From Flectonema sp. DT1601 (taxonomy: Eukaryota): a stretch of 64,000 nt of DNA. Shown one piece after another: positions 34,531 to 46,548 of this stretch. The notes beneath the pieces were generated by a model. That model saw nothing but the letters and a program-made list of their open reading frames with translations, did not search any database and was not told the DNA's origin. The stretch is from contig OZ025786.1 of the NCBI GenBank assembly GCA_964019425.1, forward strand, positions 620,001-684,000, written 5' to 3'. The number at the start of each line of letters is the position of its first letter. The stretch's first letter is position 1. The translations under genes and the position numbers were made by a program.

Positions 34531-34848
34531 CCCTTTGTCAAAAAACAAAAACTCGAAAGGCACCCTATATTGCTGTTGACATTCACCTCTCTCTCTCTCC
34601 CCATCAGTAGGGTACGTTAGGAATACTTTACATCATATCATTTGTTTGTACACACTATAGTGTAATAATTACCGTAATTATAAATATCATGGTGTATAAA
34701 AGTCTCCTAATCTCCAAAAAATGGCCAAATCCACCATCTTTATTATATCCAAAGTTTTTTTTAGTACAATCATTCACAGAAAACACTTAGCAAAATTCGG
34801 ATTCCAGAAAAAAAAAAATTTTTTTTTGACTTTCTGATACTAAATTGG

Positions 34849-35658
34849 TTAAAGTTCTACAGGCTGGTCTTGTGTACAAAGGCTGTTAGGATTAGTCTCG
34901 GTCCAGAATCGAAACGATTGTTGCCTCGTCTGTAGAAGTGCATTCACCTCTGCATACCAACCTGGTGGGATTGATAACCATGTCTTGAACATGTCTTGAA
35001 TGTTGAGGTTGCTTCCAGATACATAAATGTGGTTCATATTTAGAGCCCAGAAAAGGACAACATTTCCACAAATAACGTTGTTGGTAGCTGGTTGCACACC
35101 AGTCTTAATAAATGAGATGTCAAAATTACTAAAAGCAAAACGGGGTGCAGCTTCGGTAGTCAGTCTAGAAGGATCAACTACAACTAAGGAGTTCCCTTCC
35201 CCAAACGTTGTAACAGCCAGTAGCCAGTGTGACGGACCCTTCCGCGCTTTGAAGTTTCTGTCAGCTTTTGCTTTGATTATTTTCAACGTTTCCTCCCGCT
35301 TGTGCATCTGCTCTGTCAGCCACTCTCCAAAGAAAGCTTGGTGCTTCTTTTGAAGTTGGCCATGACAGTTAGATCCAGCGGCCGGAGATGAGAAGTCCAT
35401 CCGCCTTGCACCAGTTATAACCGTGATATTTGCTTCTTCAAATCGACGAAGGACTTCCTCAGTTATCTGCCCCCCTAAACTGGTCATATACTGCGAGGTC
35501 AGGGTGATCCGATTGGAGTGTTTTTTAGTTACAGTGTTTAGATCCGATTGGAGCGTTTCCTCATCAGTGGTTAAGATGGTTGGTCTCCCAGATTTCACCT
35601 GCCCTTCTAGTGGTTCTCCCTTCGTCTTCCTCTTTTGTTCCTCAACAAAGAGCTTCAT
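34849..35658 (-). mobile_element. Deleted pogo/CENP-B-like transposase start fused to a Ulp1 (peptidase C48)-like domain
   Basis: GRPTILTTDEETL resembles the linker before the CENP-B-type HTH, and no DDE core is visible. The C-terminal SHWLLAV...VVVDPS...VQP..NNVICG has the His-Asp-Gln-Cys order of CE-clan/Ulp1 proteases. Confidence 0.55.
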
Positions 35659-35662
35659 TGCC

Positions 35663-38395
35663 CTACCTGCACTGTTGATCTCTTCTTATGGTCGGTGTTG
35701 AAGCATGTAATCGCCCTTGACACATTGGTGGTTCAGATAGCAGGCGCGATTTCAAAGCAGAAGCATCAACTGACACTAAGGAATCACATCCAGCGAGGAA
35801 ATTGTTCCCAATACTTTTCACATTACCCAAACCAGACATATTGGAAATGTCTTTCAGAGACTCACACCGACCTAAGAAATTATCATTTATAACAGTTATT
35901 TTATCAAAACTACGCAAATCAACGGACTCTAATTTCTCGCAATCCATCAGGAATCCATCGTCGATTGACGTCATACTCTTCAGAGAGGCAGCATCAACTG
36001 AAACCAAGGACTCACATCCAGCGAGGAAATGATTTCCAATACTTTTCACATTACTCAAACCAGACATGTTGGAAATGTCTTTCAGAGACTTACAGTTATA
36101 TAAGAAATTTTCATTTATGACGGTTATTTTATCAAAACCACACAAATCAACGGACTCTAATTTCTCGCAATCCATCAGGAATCCATCGTCGATTGACGTC
36201 ACACTCTTCAAAGCGGAAGCATCAACTGAAACCAAGGACTCACATCCAGCGAGGAAATAATTTCCAATACTTTTCACATTACTCAAACCAGACATGTTGG
36301 AAATGTCTTTCAGAGACTCACACTTATATAAGAAATCATCACTTATAACGGTTATTTTATCAAAACTACGCAAATCAACGGACTCTAATTTTAGGCAAGA
36401 GTTCAAAAATCCTTTGTCGATTGCTGTCACACTCTTCAAAGCGGAAGCATCAACTGAAACCAAGGAATCACATCCAGCGAGGAAATGATTTCCAATACTT
36501 TTCACATTACTCAAACCAGACATGTTGGAAATGTCTTTCAGAGACTCACACCCACATAAGAAGCCAACACTTATAACGGTTATTTTATCAAAACTACGCA
36601 AATCAACGGACTCTAATTTTAGGCAAAAGTTCAAAAATCCTTCGTCGATTGCTGTCACACTCTTCAAAGCGGAAGCATCAACTGAAACCAAGGACTCACA
36701 TCCAGCGAGGAAATAATTTCCAATACTTTTCACATTACTCAAACCAGACATGTTGGAAATGTCTTTCAGAGACTTACAGTTATATAAGAAATCATCACTT
36801 ATAACGGTTATTTTATCAAAACTACGCAAATCAACGGACTCTAATTTTAGGCAAAAGTTCAAAAATCCTTTGTCGATTGCTGTCACACTCTTCAAAGCGG
36901 AAGCATCAACTGAAACCAAGGACTCACATCCAGCGAGGAAATGATTTCCAATACTTTTCACATTACTCAAACCAGACATGTTGGAAATGTCTTTCAGAGA
37001 CTCACACTTATATAAGAAATCATCACTTATAACGGTTATTTTATCAAAACTACGCAAATCAACGGACTCTAATTTTAGGCAAAAGTTCAAAAATCCTTTG
37101 TCGATTGCTGTCACACTCTTCAAAGCGGAAGCATCAACTGAAACCAAGGACTCACATCTAGCGAGGAAATAATTTCCAATACTTTTCACATTACTCAAAC
37201 CAGACATGTTGGAAATGTCTTTCAGAGACTTACAGTTATATAAGAAATTATCACCTATGACGGTTACTTTATCAAAACTACACAAATCAACGGACTCTAA
37301 TTTTTCGCAATTCTCCATAAATCCGTTGGCACTTTTAAAAAAGAAATATTCATTTATCGTCGTCAAGTTGTTAAGACCAGACAGGTCAACAACTTCCAAG
37401 GACTCGCAGCTGCTTAGAAAACCGCCTCCGATAGTTGTGACGTTCTTAAAACCAGAGAAGTCTACAGAGATTAGGGAATAAGAATCGCGAAGGAAATCAT
37501 TCCCAATAGATGAATACTTCTCACAATTAGTAAAAGACAAGTGTCGAATTGACGAAGGGAACTTGTCAATACTCAGAGTCTTCCCCTTGTACCATTTACT
37601 TGAAATATCAAGAACGCATTGCACATGCGGATTTATCTCAAAGAATGATGAGACTAACGAATTGATTCTTTCATTAGACAAGTCACTTCTAGTTAAGGTG
37701 ATAGAATCTGAAAACTTGAACGTTCGTTTTCTTTGAAGACTTTCATTTGAATTCCGCAGAAGCTTCCGCAGCACCTTATCCTTCCAATGGTACCCATCAA
37801 TGAAGTCCTCCAACAGCTCGATCTTTGACTCTGAGAGATTATTCCAATCGAGTGTGAGTATGAGATCAAACTTCAGATCCTCGCTGACCCCAGACTCGTC
37901 TTCGCCGAAAGACTTCATCGCATCCTCCAGGTTTTTATAAAACTGATCCTCGCTGTACAAATAGGGGAAAACCGGAGAAGAGAATGCCTTCACGAGATCG
38001 TTCGCCAGGTACTCAATTTCAAAGATGTCCATGTCGGGAGCCAGCGTCAGGGCGCCCAACATCATCGCCGTGGCTTCCCTCAGCTCCACGCACTTGAGAA
38101 GACTACCCAACTGATGAAGATTCTTATAAACAGAGATGGATGATGAACTGTTACTGAAATTAATACCCTTCATTGTCGGTATCGATGACTCCACAACCAC
38201 AGCAAACCCTTCCAACACCTTCCTTCTGGAGTCCTCCATTTGTAGTCTCAGCTCATCATTTCCGAATTCCCTAATCAGGTCCACCATCTTATTCATTTCC
38301 GCAGCTGTGGTCTTCATGGATCGCTGTTGAGCTTCAGCAAGCGACTGAACCTCCTCGTCATTCATTATCTTCGCGTGGTGTTCTGTTGTGAACAA
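35663..38395 (-). CDS. Leucine-rich repeat protein (IGxxFLxxCxSLxxVD type, BspA-like); the repeat array is cut at about 35748 and a probable upstream exon lies at about 38447-38482
   Basis: 910-aa ORF with a helical N-terminal region and more than 20 LRRs. The last repeat runs abruptly into unrelated sequence (ASALKS|RLLSEPP). An ACAACAG acceptor lies at 38383 and a GT donor at 38446. Confidence 0.8.
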   Translation of the reverse strand: MFTTEHHAKIMNDEEVQSLAEAQQRSMKTTAAEMNKMVDLIREFGNDELRLQMEDSRRKVLEGFAVVVESSIPTMKGINFSNSSSSISVYKNLHQLGSLLKCVELREATAMMLGALTLAPDMDIFEIEYLANDLVKAFSSPVFPYLYSEDQFYKNLEDAMKSFGEDESGVSEDLKFDLILTLDWNNLSESKIELLEDFIDGYHWKDKVLRKLLRNSNESLQRKRTFKFSDSITLTRSDLSNERINSLVSSFFEINPHVQCVLDISSKWYKGKTLSIDKFPSSIRHLSFTNCEKYSSIGNDFLRDSYSLISVDFSGFKNVTTIGGGFLSSCESLEVVDLSGLNNLTTINEYFFFKSANGFMENCEKLESVDLCSFDKVTVIGDNFLYNCKSLKDISNMSGLSNVKSIGNYFLARCESLVSVDASALKSVTAIDKGFLNFCLKLESVDLRSFDKITVISDDFLYKCESLKDISNMSGLSNVKSIGNHFLAGCESLVSVDASALKSVTAIDKGFLNFCLKLESVDLRSFDKITVISDDFLYNCKSLKDISNMSGLSNVKSIGNYFLAGCESLVSVDASALKSVTAIDEGFLNFCLKLESVDLRSFDKITVISVGFLCGCESLKDISNMSGLSNVKSIGNHFLAGCDSLVSVDASALKSVTAIDKGFLNSCLKLESVDLRSFDKITVISDDFLYKCESLKDISNMSGLSNVKSIGNYFLAGCESLVSVDASALKSVTSIDDGFLMDCEKLESVDLCGFDKITVINENFLYNCKSLKDISNMSGLSNVKSIGNHFLAGCESLVSVDAASLKSMTSIDDGFLMDCEKLESVDLRSFDKITVINDNFLGRCESLKDISNMSGLGNVKSIGNNFLAGCDSLVSVDASALKSRLLSEPPMCQGRLHASTPTIRRDQQCR
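35749..37330 (-). repeat. Seven near-identical 228-bp (76-aa, three-LRR) coding tandem repeats
   Basis: The period is shown by antisense ORFs starting at 36066, 36294, 36522, 36750, 36978 and 37206, and by the recurring SLKDISNMSGLSNVKSIGN. Confidence 0.97.
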
Positions 38396-39341
38396 TAAAA
38401 TAATTAACTCTTGAACATAAACTGTAGTTATAAAATACTATTTGACCTTTTGTTTGTCCACGAAACCGAGAACCGACTTCAACTAAGAAAGCAAAAGAAG
38501 GTTTACGTCATCATGATAGTCAGAATATCAGAGTACTATTTACGAACGTTAGGAATACTTTACATAATATCATTTGTTTGTACACGTTCAAAAAAGAATT
38601 TGTTTCCCAAAAAGGGGATGAATGCACACAAGAGCGTCACCGACTACTAAGTTCTCGTATCTGACAATTTTCATTTTTGTTTGCAACTCTCACTGTTTTA
38701 GATTATGAAAACATTAATTTACAGAAATAAACCATCTTACTCATTAAGTACCATTGAAGTTCCAAACATGACATAACGTATAAAGAACAAGACACAAATA
38801 TTAACACTGGTCAACACATGCTCCCTTTAGTGTTGTGTAGGTGGGAAAGTCATTCTCGAACCGTTCTACTGCAGTGTATGTCCTCAACTCCTATTGTTAG
38901 GAAAAGAAATGAAATGTAAAGCAGACGCACATTGACGATTCCCCGACTCCATGAGCGTCAAATCCAATTTAGTTGCCCCATCAATCCTGTAAAGTGAACG
39001 TAACTACCTACAGAACTACGACTCGTCTTCTACTTAAAGTGGACTAAAACCCTGTCGACTTTTGTTTGTTTCTCAAAAAAATAAGAAAAGAGAGTGCCTG
39101 AGGGGATTTTAAGAAGGTTGGTTACCCCAATAACATCCCATTAATAAATATTAGAGCACAAGGCAAAATCACCAACGCACTGCATAGTGCGCTAATCTAA
39201 AAGCCAGGTGCAAACTGGAAAAGTTGTTCACCAGTAGCCGCTAAGCGTACACTAAGTAAACGAACGGATTTTGAAGACAAAGAACTTTCTGAATGGTAGC
39301 AACTACTGCTGGTTAAATCCTTCAGCCGACAGAACATCTGC

Positions 39342-42122
39342 TTAAGACTTTATTTGAATCCTTTTTTGATTCCACGCCTGTCCGCATTCCCAAATCAACT
39401 TTTCATCATCTCCAGTCGCACGCGGTCCCCATTCTTTCAGTAGGTTCCAACCAGTTTGTTCTGCTTCTTGAGTTCCGTCGCACAAGTAGGCGACGTATTC
39501 CGCAGGTGACTTAGAGAGGAGTGAGAAGATAGGTTTTGAAGAAGGGATGCGACACAGAATACAATGCAGTAATGTTATCGACGATAGCGCGTTAAGTTCC
39601 ATTTGAACAGGTGACAAGCGACCTGTTTGTGTTAGTGCCGCATGAAGGTCGGAAGTTTTCAGTGAAAGGACAGTCGCAACAGCCTTCAATGTTTTTAACG
39701 ACTTGCTTATCTTAGTTGGTTGTATTTGTGGGTTGTTGTCCAACACTATTTGAACAAGCCCACCGATGTGAGCAGCGATCTCTGTTTGTTGGGAATGCTG
39801 AATGAATGAAATATTCAAAAGAGAAGCTCTCTTAACAATCACATCCACAATATTTGATATCAACATCCTGAAGCGATCTTCTAATACAGCACTTTGTGTC
39901 GGGCTGTACAGCACCAACAAGTTGGTTGTAATTTGTGACCAGCGATCGCTTGTACTTGCGACTGCTGTTTTAACATCTTCCACACCAGCAGTTTCCGACA
40001 AAGCCATGATCGGTCCCGTTAAGTGTTGCTCACATGAGTGAAAGACTTCATTTACAATACCGTCCGCCATTTCCTCCATTTCGGAAATGGTCTTAAGCAG
40101 CTTTGCAAGTCCAGGTTGCATATCCTTTGATCCGATAGTTGAGACCAGATGTCTCAAGTCCTGATTGCCTCTGATCAGAGCGAGTGCAATAACTGAATTA
40201 AACAGCTGATTGTTCGTAGCAGCCTGTGAAACCTGTTTTTGGAAAATATTAATTGCCTTTCCGACAAAATTCTGCAATCAAGGAAATATTTCATACCTGA
40301 CTACATGAGGTGTCATTTATCTTTTCCTCCCACATTTGATGTACCCAATTCTGAACTACGTTGTTTACCTGAAATTGTTTGTTGTTTGACGACGTATAAA
40401 ATACTTTTATTTTTATAAGAACAGTGAACCAGCAAACATACTAACTCGCACATGGCCGCCAGAAGACTTTGTTGTTGCTCAGAACGTATTTGAGAAAACT
40501 CGTGTCCAATCGCCGCGATAAGGGGGCTGATGTCAATCTGTGCTGCAGCAACTGCTGCTTGCAGTGCTGCTGTTAATGACCTGATTGTTTTTTAATACCA
40601 AACTATTTTTGTAACCACAATATGATACACGCAAAGACTGCATACCTACTACGACCAGTCTTACCAGACTCTGGGGCAACAGAAGATGTCCCGAAGGAAC
40701 TATCCTTCGGTTGCATTGAGTAAAGCCTTTGAAGAATTATTTTAACTTTTTCAGACAACCGATCCCGAACCGACTTCATGTATCTCAGGTGTGGTTCAGA
40801 AAGACAAGTTTCCAGCCAAGACTTTGGGTCAGCCTGAGAAGCATCAGACGCCCCTTCCGAAGATGGGAAGTGCTCTAACGCACTTTGAACAAAAATACAA
40901 AAAGCGTTATGCAGCCTTGGATATTCATTTATAACTAATGGAAACCTTTTTACTATTTTTGGTACCCTTTCACCAATCATGACAGAGACAGGTTTCCATA
41001 CTTCTTCAATAAAGACACAACCAGAGTTTTCCGTCTCCAATAATTGTATAAATGACTCTTGCGTCACAGGATCTTTTGTATTTGATAATACTTTCACTAG
41101 TTGAGAAAGTTTAGAAATGTGTTGGAGGATGAGTTGAAAAGTGGAGTCAATCTTTCCAAACAAAACTGTTTTGACCTTCCCAGCCTGTTCTTGTTCATTA
41201 GTGATACCAGAGCCAGCAACTATCGAAAGAACATCCAGTTCTTGTGCAACTACTTTTCGTAACTCCTGTGCGTGGTCGGAGAGTACTTTCTTTACTACTT
41301 TCCCCATCAGATCAAAGTTGTAAAAAGCTTGTACTGCAGTTCTTATTTCAGCCTGATTAGTATTTGTGAGTCCTCTCTTTAGTAATTCATGCGATCGATG
41401 TTTTACATTTTCCATCGACTTTCGAATCCACTCGGTCTCGCAGTCAACTACTTCTATCCCCTTTAAAGTCTGTCCCTTATCCTGAAGGATTATTTCGATG
41501 TCCCGCAGGGTCTTCGCTTCGTTTGGGAGCTCCAAGTTCGGTAGATTAGCATTTTCGTTTGAAAGCCTTTCTTGCGCTGTTGGATTTGTTTGTGTGATCA
41601 CTGGAGGCAACACCACTCCATGACAAAGTAAGTAAGTATTTCATACCATTTCTGACCTTCGCAACCAGAGCCAAAAACTTCGACAGTTTTCTAAGAACTT
41701 CTGCAGCCCCCCAAACATTGTGGAGTTCCTGAACTTTACTTTGAACCTGTTCGTAAGGTTCCTGAAGTAAATGTTTTATTCTATTCACTGACTGGCTGAG
41801 GTGGCTACCAGAACTTTTAATTACTTCCATCTTACGTTCGATGTCCTGAACTACTCGAACCTGGTTGGGTAGTTAATAATTAGAAGGTACCAATTGAAGT
41901 GATAGCAGATGTTCATCTGATCATTTGTTTTGATTATTAAATATCACAAACCTGTTCTTTTAGTTTCGGAAAGTTATCAGCAACTTCTTTCTGAAGCTTT
42001 CTATCCAACGAGGTGGTGGCATCTTTCAAACGAGCTCTCTCACCTTCGTAGTTGTGACTTTGTAATGTAGTCTTCAAGTAGCTGTGGACATCGAAATTCT
42101 CGTCGTGGAAATTCGCCGCCAT
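39342..42122 (-). CDS. COG5: Conserved oligomeric Golgi complex subunit 5 (multi-exon)
   Basis: N-terminus FHDENFDVHSY...LDRKLQKEVADNFPKLKEQ, then SLSQSVNRIK-like...EPYEQVQSKVQELHNVWGAAEVLRKLSKFL, LKGIEVVD, NQAEIRTAVQAFYN and EYPRL. Introns 41951-41861, 41646-41577, 40645-40581 and further ones near 40.3-40.4 kb. Confidence 0.85.
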
Positions 42123-42373
42123 ATTTATGTTTCCTGCATTTGGAAATGATGAAAATAAAGTTATCTTCAGCTTCAGTCTGCGATGCCAACTGTTACAAAT
42201 ATAAAATCTGTAAAGTAAGTAGATCGATAAGGATACTTTGAAACATCTCTCACGAGATTCAACTTCTCAACAAAGAAGTCCTTCGAGTTGTAATCAAAAT
42301 ATTATTGAAAGAGAGAAGGTCAATGCGTTTCTCACATCTGACGGAAAGAGAATATCAACGCCATGTGAGTTCC

Positions 42374-43237
42374 TTACCATCTCCTGACGGTATATATTTC
42401 AAGAAGTGCATCATCTTCATTTCGTTTGCTGTCATGTCGAAGCAGCGAATCGACGTCTTCCCCATCAGAGGTGATTCCCAACTGTGAGGCTTTTTGTTCA
42501 CTTCTTCCCATTGAAGATGTTCCAACCTGCGCTTCGTAGAGTTTCGTATCCGCTTTTATAAATCGCCTGAGGACACACCAGTAAAGCAGTATTATCAATG
42601 GCATTGACATTACAACTGTTATAGCAAGAGGTGCCATCGCCCAGCCAATGCGAGTAGACGGCCTCCACTTTCGGAGTTTGTGTTGGAACTCTCTTCTTTT
42701 AAAGTTCGGGTCTAGGAGAAACTCTCGAACATGCACAGCAAGCGCACTACTCGATTTAGAAATCTTATCCTTTTGTTCTTTCACAACAGTAAGCATAGTC
42801 GATGTTGAGTAAGACTGCTGCTGGGTATAAGCTTGTTTTGCCCTTATGGATCCTCGGTTTTTCCAATTTTTTCTAAATTTATGAATTTTGAAAGCTAATT
42901 TCGCGTACCTAGAAAGGTCTTTAACCCGAGCAATCCGTCTTTTGATTGGATTCGTTACCGGTCGGAATACAAATTCAGTTCCCCGCTTGAATTGCGACCA
43001 TTCTTTTTTTAAAGGTGAGGACTCTTCAAATTTTTGTACTTCCGCTGACCACATTTTGTCAAAAGTCCCAACCTCCTTACCCGCCTTACGAGCCGAGCGG
43101 TCTTTTCTCCAGGCGTCGTATCCTGTCTGTAGGAGTCTTGGGTTTGCAATAACGGCCCTTCCTCCCATCATGCCCTTTGAAAATCTTTGCTGCATGCGCG
43201 CATTCGCCATCGCCAGCCGTTGCTTCCAAGCTGACAT
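42374..43237 (-). CDS. Hypothetical basic protein with one predicted TM segment
   Basis: 287-aa ORF with an Arg/Lys-rich N-terminal region and the hydrophobic stretch WAMAPLAITVVMSMPLIILLYWCVL. Confidence 0.65.
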   Translation of the reverse strand: MSAWKQRLAMANARMQQRFSKGMMGGRAVIANPRLLQTGYDAWRKDRSARKAGKEVGTFDKMWSAEVQKFEESSPLKKEWSQFKRGTEFVFRPVTNPIKRRIARVKDLSRYAKLAFKIHKFRKNWKNRGSIRAKQAYTQQQSYSTSTMLTVVKEQKDKISKSSSALAVHVREFLLDPNFKRREFQHKLRKWRPSTRIGWAMAPLAITVVMSMPLIILLYWCVLRRFIKADTKLYEAQVGTSSMGRSEQKASQLGITSDGEDVDSLLRHDSKRNEDDALLEIYTVRRW

Positions 43238-45762
43238 GTTATTGTAATGATTACCTGACTGATGAATAAATTACAACACAGTCGAGTACCCGAGTACTTA
43301 GACAGACCCAGTGCTGTGATAAGGTTGTGCTTCTTCTCAAGTAGTAGTACCCATCGTAATATTTTAGATCTGTGCGTGATGAATAATTTATTTCTCGGAT
43401 AATTCCGAAATAATAAAACTGTTGATGTGTTTGACTGATAAAGTTCCTTTGGCTGAAAAATTGCTTTGATTCATCGTCGCTTTGTTTCTGTTGGAAAAGA
43501 AGTCAAAAGGTAATGAACTTGCCAGTGTGAACTCGTAAGATCCGAACGGGAAGTAAAAATGCTTTTCCGAGCTAAAAAACAGAAAGAAAAAGAAGAAAAA
43601 AAAAGAAAACTCTCCCTCCATCCATCCATCGCATGCGTAGTTGGATAACAACAAAAACATAACAACCAGCGTCAACACAAATTGAATCTGAAGAGTTGAA
43701 AGATCCAGAAGGGTGAAATCAGACTTCCATCTGAGATCACTCGACTGTCAAAAAAAAAACTATTCATTCAAACTACAAGTAGTTTACTGTAACTTAGTTG
43801 CTTGCAGTCAGTCAGTCATATTTTCAAATTTTATTCAACGCTTCTCAATAGATACTCGTTGTATGCACCCATCAGGGTACGGCATTACTTCATTCAGTTC
43901 ATGTTTATGCTATCTAAGCAATCGAAACGACTTCGCAACACTGAGGTTCAGGTAATGATAAGACATGAACTCGTGTTGCGCACTCAAACAAAAAAAAATA
44001 AAAGACTCTTCGTGCCTTATTTTTTAATTTATTTTTTAGTGATGGGAATAAGAAAGAATGAAGTCAGGAAAACCTGAGAACAGTCGATCTTATGAAGTTA
44101 AATAAAGTTGTCGGGGAGTAACTTGATGGGGAGGGGGTTGTTTTGTGAATGCGAACTTAAAAGTGAGTGGGGGGGAATGCGGGGGGCTTTTGTGCAGTTC
44201 TGGAATTGTCCTCGTAGCCGATACAGCTAACAAGTTCTCCAGGTAAGAACCTGTCATTTGGTAAACTTCTTGAGAATTGATCGGAAAGACTGAAATCAGA
44301 AAAACTGAGAACACTCGATCGCATCAAAGTCAAAAAACTACGAAACGGTAGGAAGCTTACGAGATTAATTGTCATATTAATACTCACAATGTCATAGACG
44401 CGACCTCAGCTCAACTAATTTGGGGCACGAAAAGAACAAATTGGACCAACGCACCGTCAGAAAAGAACCTGCCCTATAACCAAGCTCTTTTGCGTTCCAA
44501 GAATCTTCACACCAACTTATTACAAACAGCTAAACTCACTGTGAGGAGAGTCCGAAACAGAGTTCCTGTTTCGAGCTGACGCTCACTAGAGGATAGGCTT
44601 GTAAATGGGTTCAGCGTTACGAATCTTTGGCCTTATAAAATCTCACAACTCTCAAAAAGAAAAAAGTAACAAGAAAAAAGGGGAAAAGAAAACAATAAAG
44701 ATGGGCTACATCGCGCGATAATTATTTCTCACAAACTATTCCGGCAAGACATTCAAAAATATATAAAATAGAAACACTGACTAACAACGCTTATATCTTT
44801 TTAAGAATAACGACGAATGCGGCTGCACTTATTTCGTGGCGCAAACTCATTTTCAAAAAAAAAGGAAATGTAAGCTGCCGTGTAGTCCCACTTCAGAGAA
44901 GCTCAAAGGTAAGACGTGGAGGTTAGGAAGAATTATTACGAAAGCCGAGAAGCTCCCGAATTTTGAAAGCGCTGCATGGGATGGATTACTATTTTATTAC
45001 TTTTTTTTTTAATCACTGGGCAGGGAAGTGAGGGAGGTGGTACCAAGAATAATTTTTACATCCGCAAAACACACGTAGCCAACAATAGCAGAACAGAGAA
45101 CCACGGGACAGTACACTGAGCCGAGCTGACTGAACCACCTGTTGGTTCGATGCAGAAGTTTCACTCACCGTCAGAACACCTTTAAACGGGAAATTCAAGT
45201 TACCGATTATGTTATTTTCTTATTTATTGCGTTCATTCGTTTTTTTTTTTAATGTTCTTTTTCATTATGTACATAAAATATGAAAAAAAAAGGGAACGGG
45301 ACAAACGGAACAACGGGGGACAAAACAACCGAGACATCCAACTATTTTTTTATTTTTTCTTTTTATTTCTTTCTACATGTCATAGGAACCCTAGTTGGGG
45401 GTTTGTCATAGCGTACGTTGCGATTGTGCACCAATAGAGTCGCAAAAACAAAAATATTGGTGAATGGTGCACAGTGTTCCGCCTTATAATGGGACTTTTA
45501 TTCCTAACTTTCCATGGTGAAAAAAAAAAAAACGCGCGAAAACTAAAAAATTAAAAAACTAAAAAATGATTAAAAGAATAGGAAATCAGTTCAAGAGAAT
45601 AACAAGAAGATGCATTTCACAAATCGTAAAAATAACAACTTGTTTTTTCTTATTGAATACCGGTTTCGTTTCTTTTTCTTCGGTTGCATTCACTGCTTTT
45701 TTTCTTCTTTTTTTTTTCCTCACTCGTTCTGTTCTTTTTTGTTATTTATTGTTAGCCTGTCT

Positions 45763-46146
45763 TCAGTAACAATAATAGTTGGAAATGTGATCCATTGCCC
45801 ACACATTCTCCTCTGTCTCTTTTATCCATTGAGCTGTGTACTTGTACCAAGGTCGATTGGCGCCGGCTACTACCTTCCCAGATTGTGGCAACAGCGATTC
45901 GAGCAATGCATCTGACCACTGGTTCACTTCTGGCAGTGAGATACAATACATTTCTAACTTTCTAAGGTACAGTGCGATTGTTCTGTACCTTCTGTAAAGA
46001 TCTCCAGATTTCTTATTAGCTCCTTCCCTCCTTTGCCTCTCGTAGAATGATTCAATTCTCTTTAACAGCTCATTGTTGTCCAGGTGGTCGATATCGAGAT
46101 CGATATTTGCTGGCAGGTTATTGAACATCGGAAGAGATGGAGGCAT
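45763..46146 (-). CDS. Small hypothetical protein
   Basis: 127-aa ORF of normal composition, on the same strand as the array and flanked by homopolymer-rich UTR-like DNA. Confidence 0.55.
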   Translation of the reverse strand: MPPSLPMFNNLPANIDLDIDHLDNNELLKRIESFYERQRREGANKKSGDLYRRYRTIALYLRKLEMYCISLPEVNQWSDALLESLLPQSGKVVAGANRPWYKYTAQWIKETEENVWAMDHISNYYCY

Positions 46147-46548
46147 TTACTGAGTCAGAGGTTGTTAGCTGAGGGATGAGAATTATAATTTCAGAAAGTT
46201 TAAAGCGGTCACACTTAACACTCTCACGTCACTAACCAATCCAAGTATATTTTACTTTTCGCTGGACAAAAAAAATAATGTTCTGCAGGCTAACACCGCA
46301 GTAGAACTCAGATAATACATAAACACAAATAACACTCTGCAGTGTACGGGATGGTGATGGGGAAACTACTCGCAATACATGAACACACATCCCAGGGATT
46401 GAGTTGGTATGAAAATAAATAAAAAAAAGAATTCCTGCCAGAAACAAAAAAACTGCCTCAGGTCCTACTTAAGGGTAGGTCACCCTCACGTTTAAGACAC
46501 TTGTAGTGCAGTAAATCATTCGGTAAACAATAGAACAGACCACGGAAG

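Larger units (their letters stand above)
34614..38585 (+). repeat. 40-bp imperfect direct repeat pair (34614-34653 and 38546-38585) bracketing the Ulp1-like ORF and the LRR gene
   Basis: acgttaggaatactttacat-N5-catttgtttgtacac occurs at both sites. Confidence 0.85.

Noticed and set aside
35802..37481. Series of + strand 64-91-aa ORFs at 228-bp spacing
   Set aside because: They are antisense shadows of the LRR tandem repeat.
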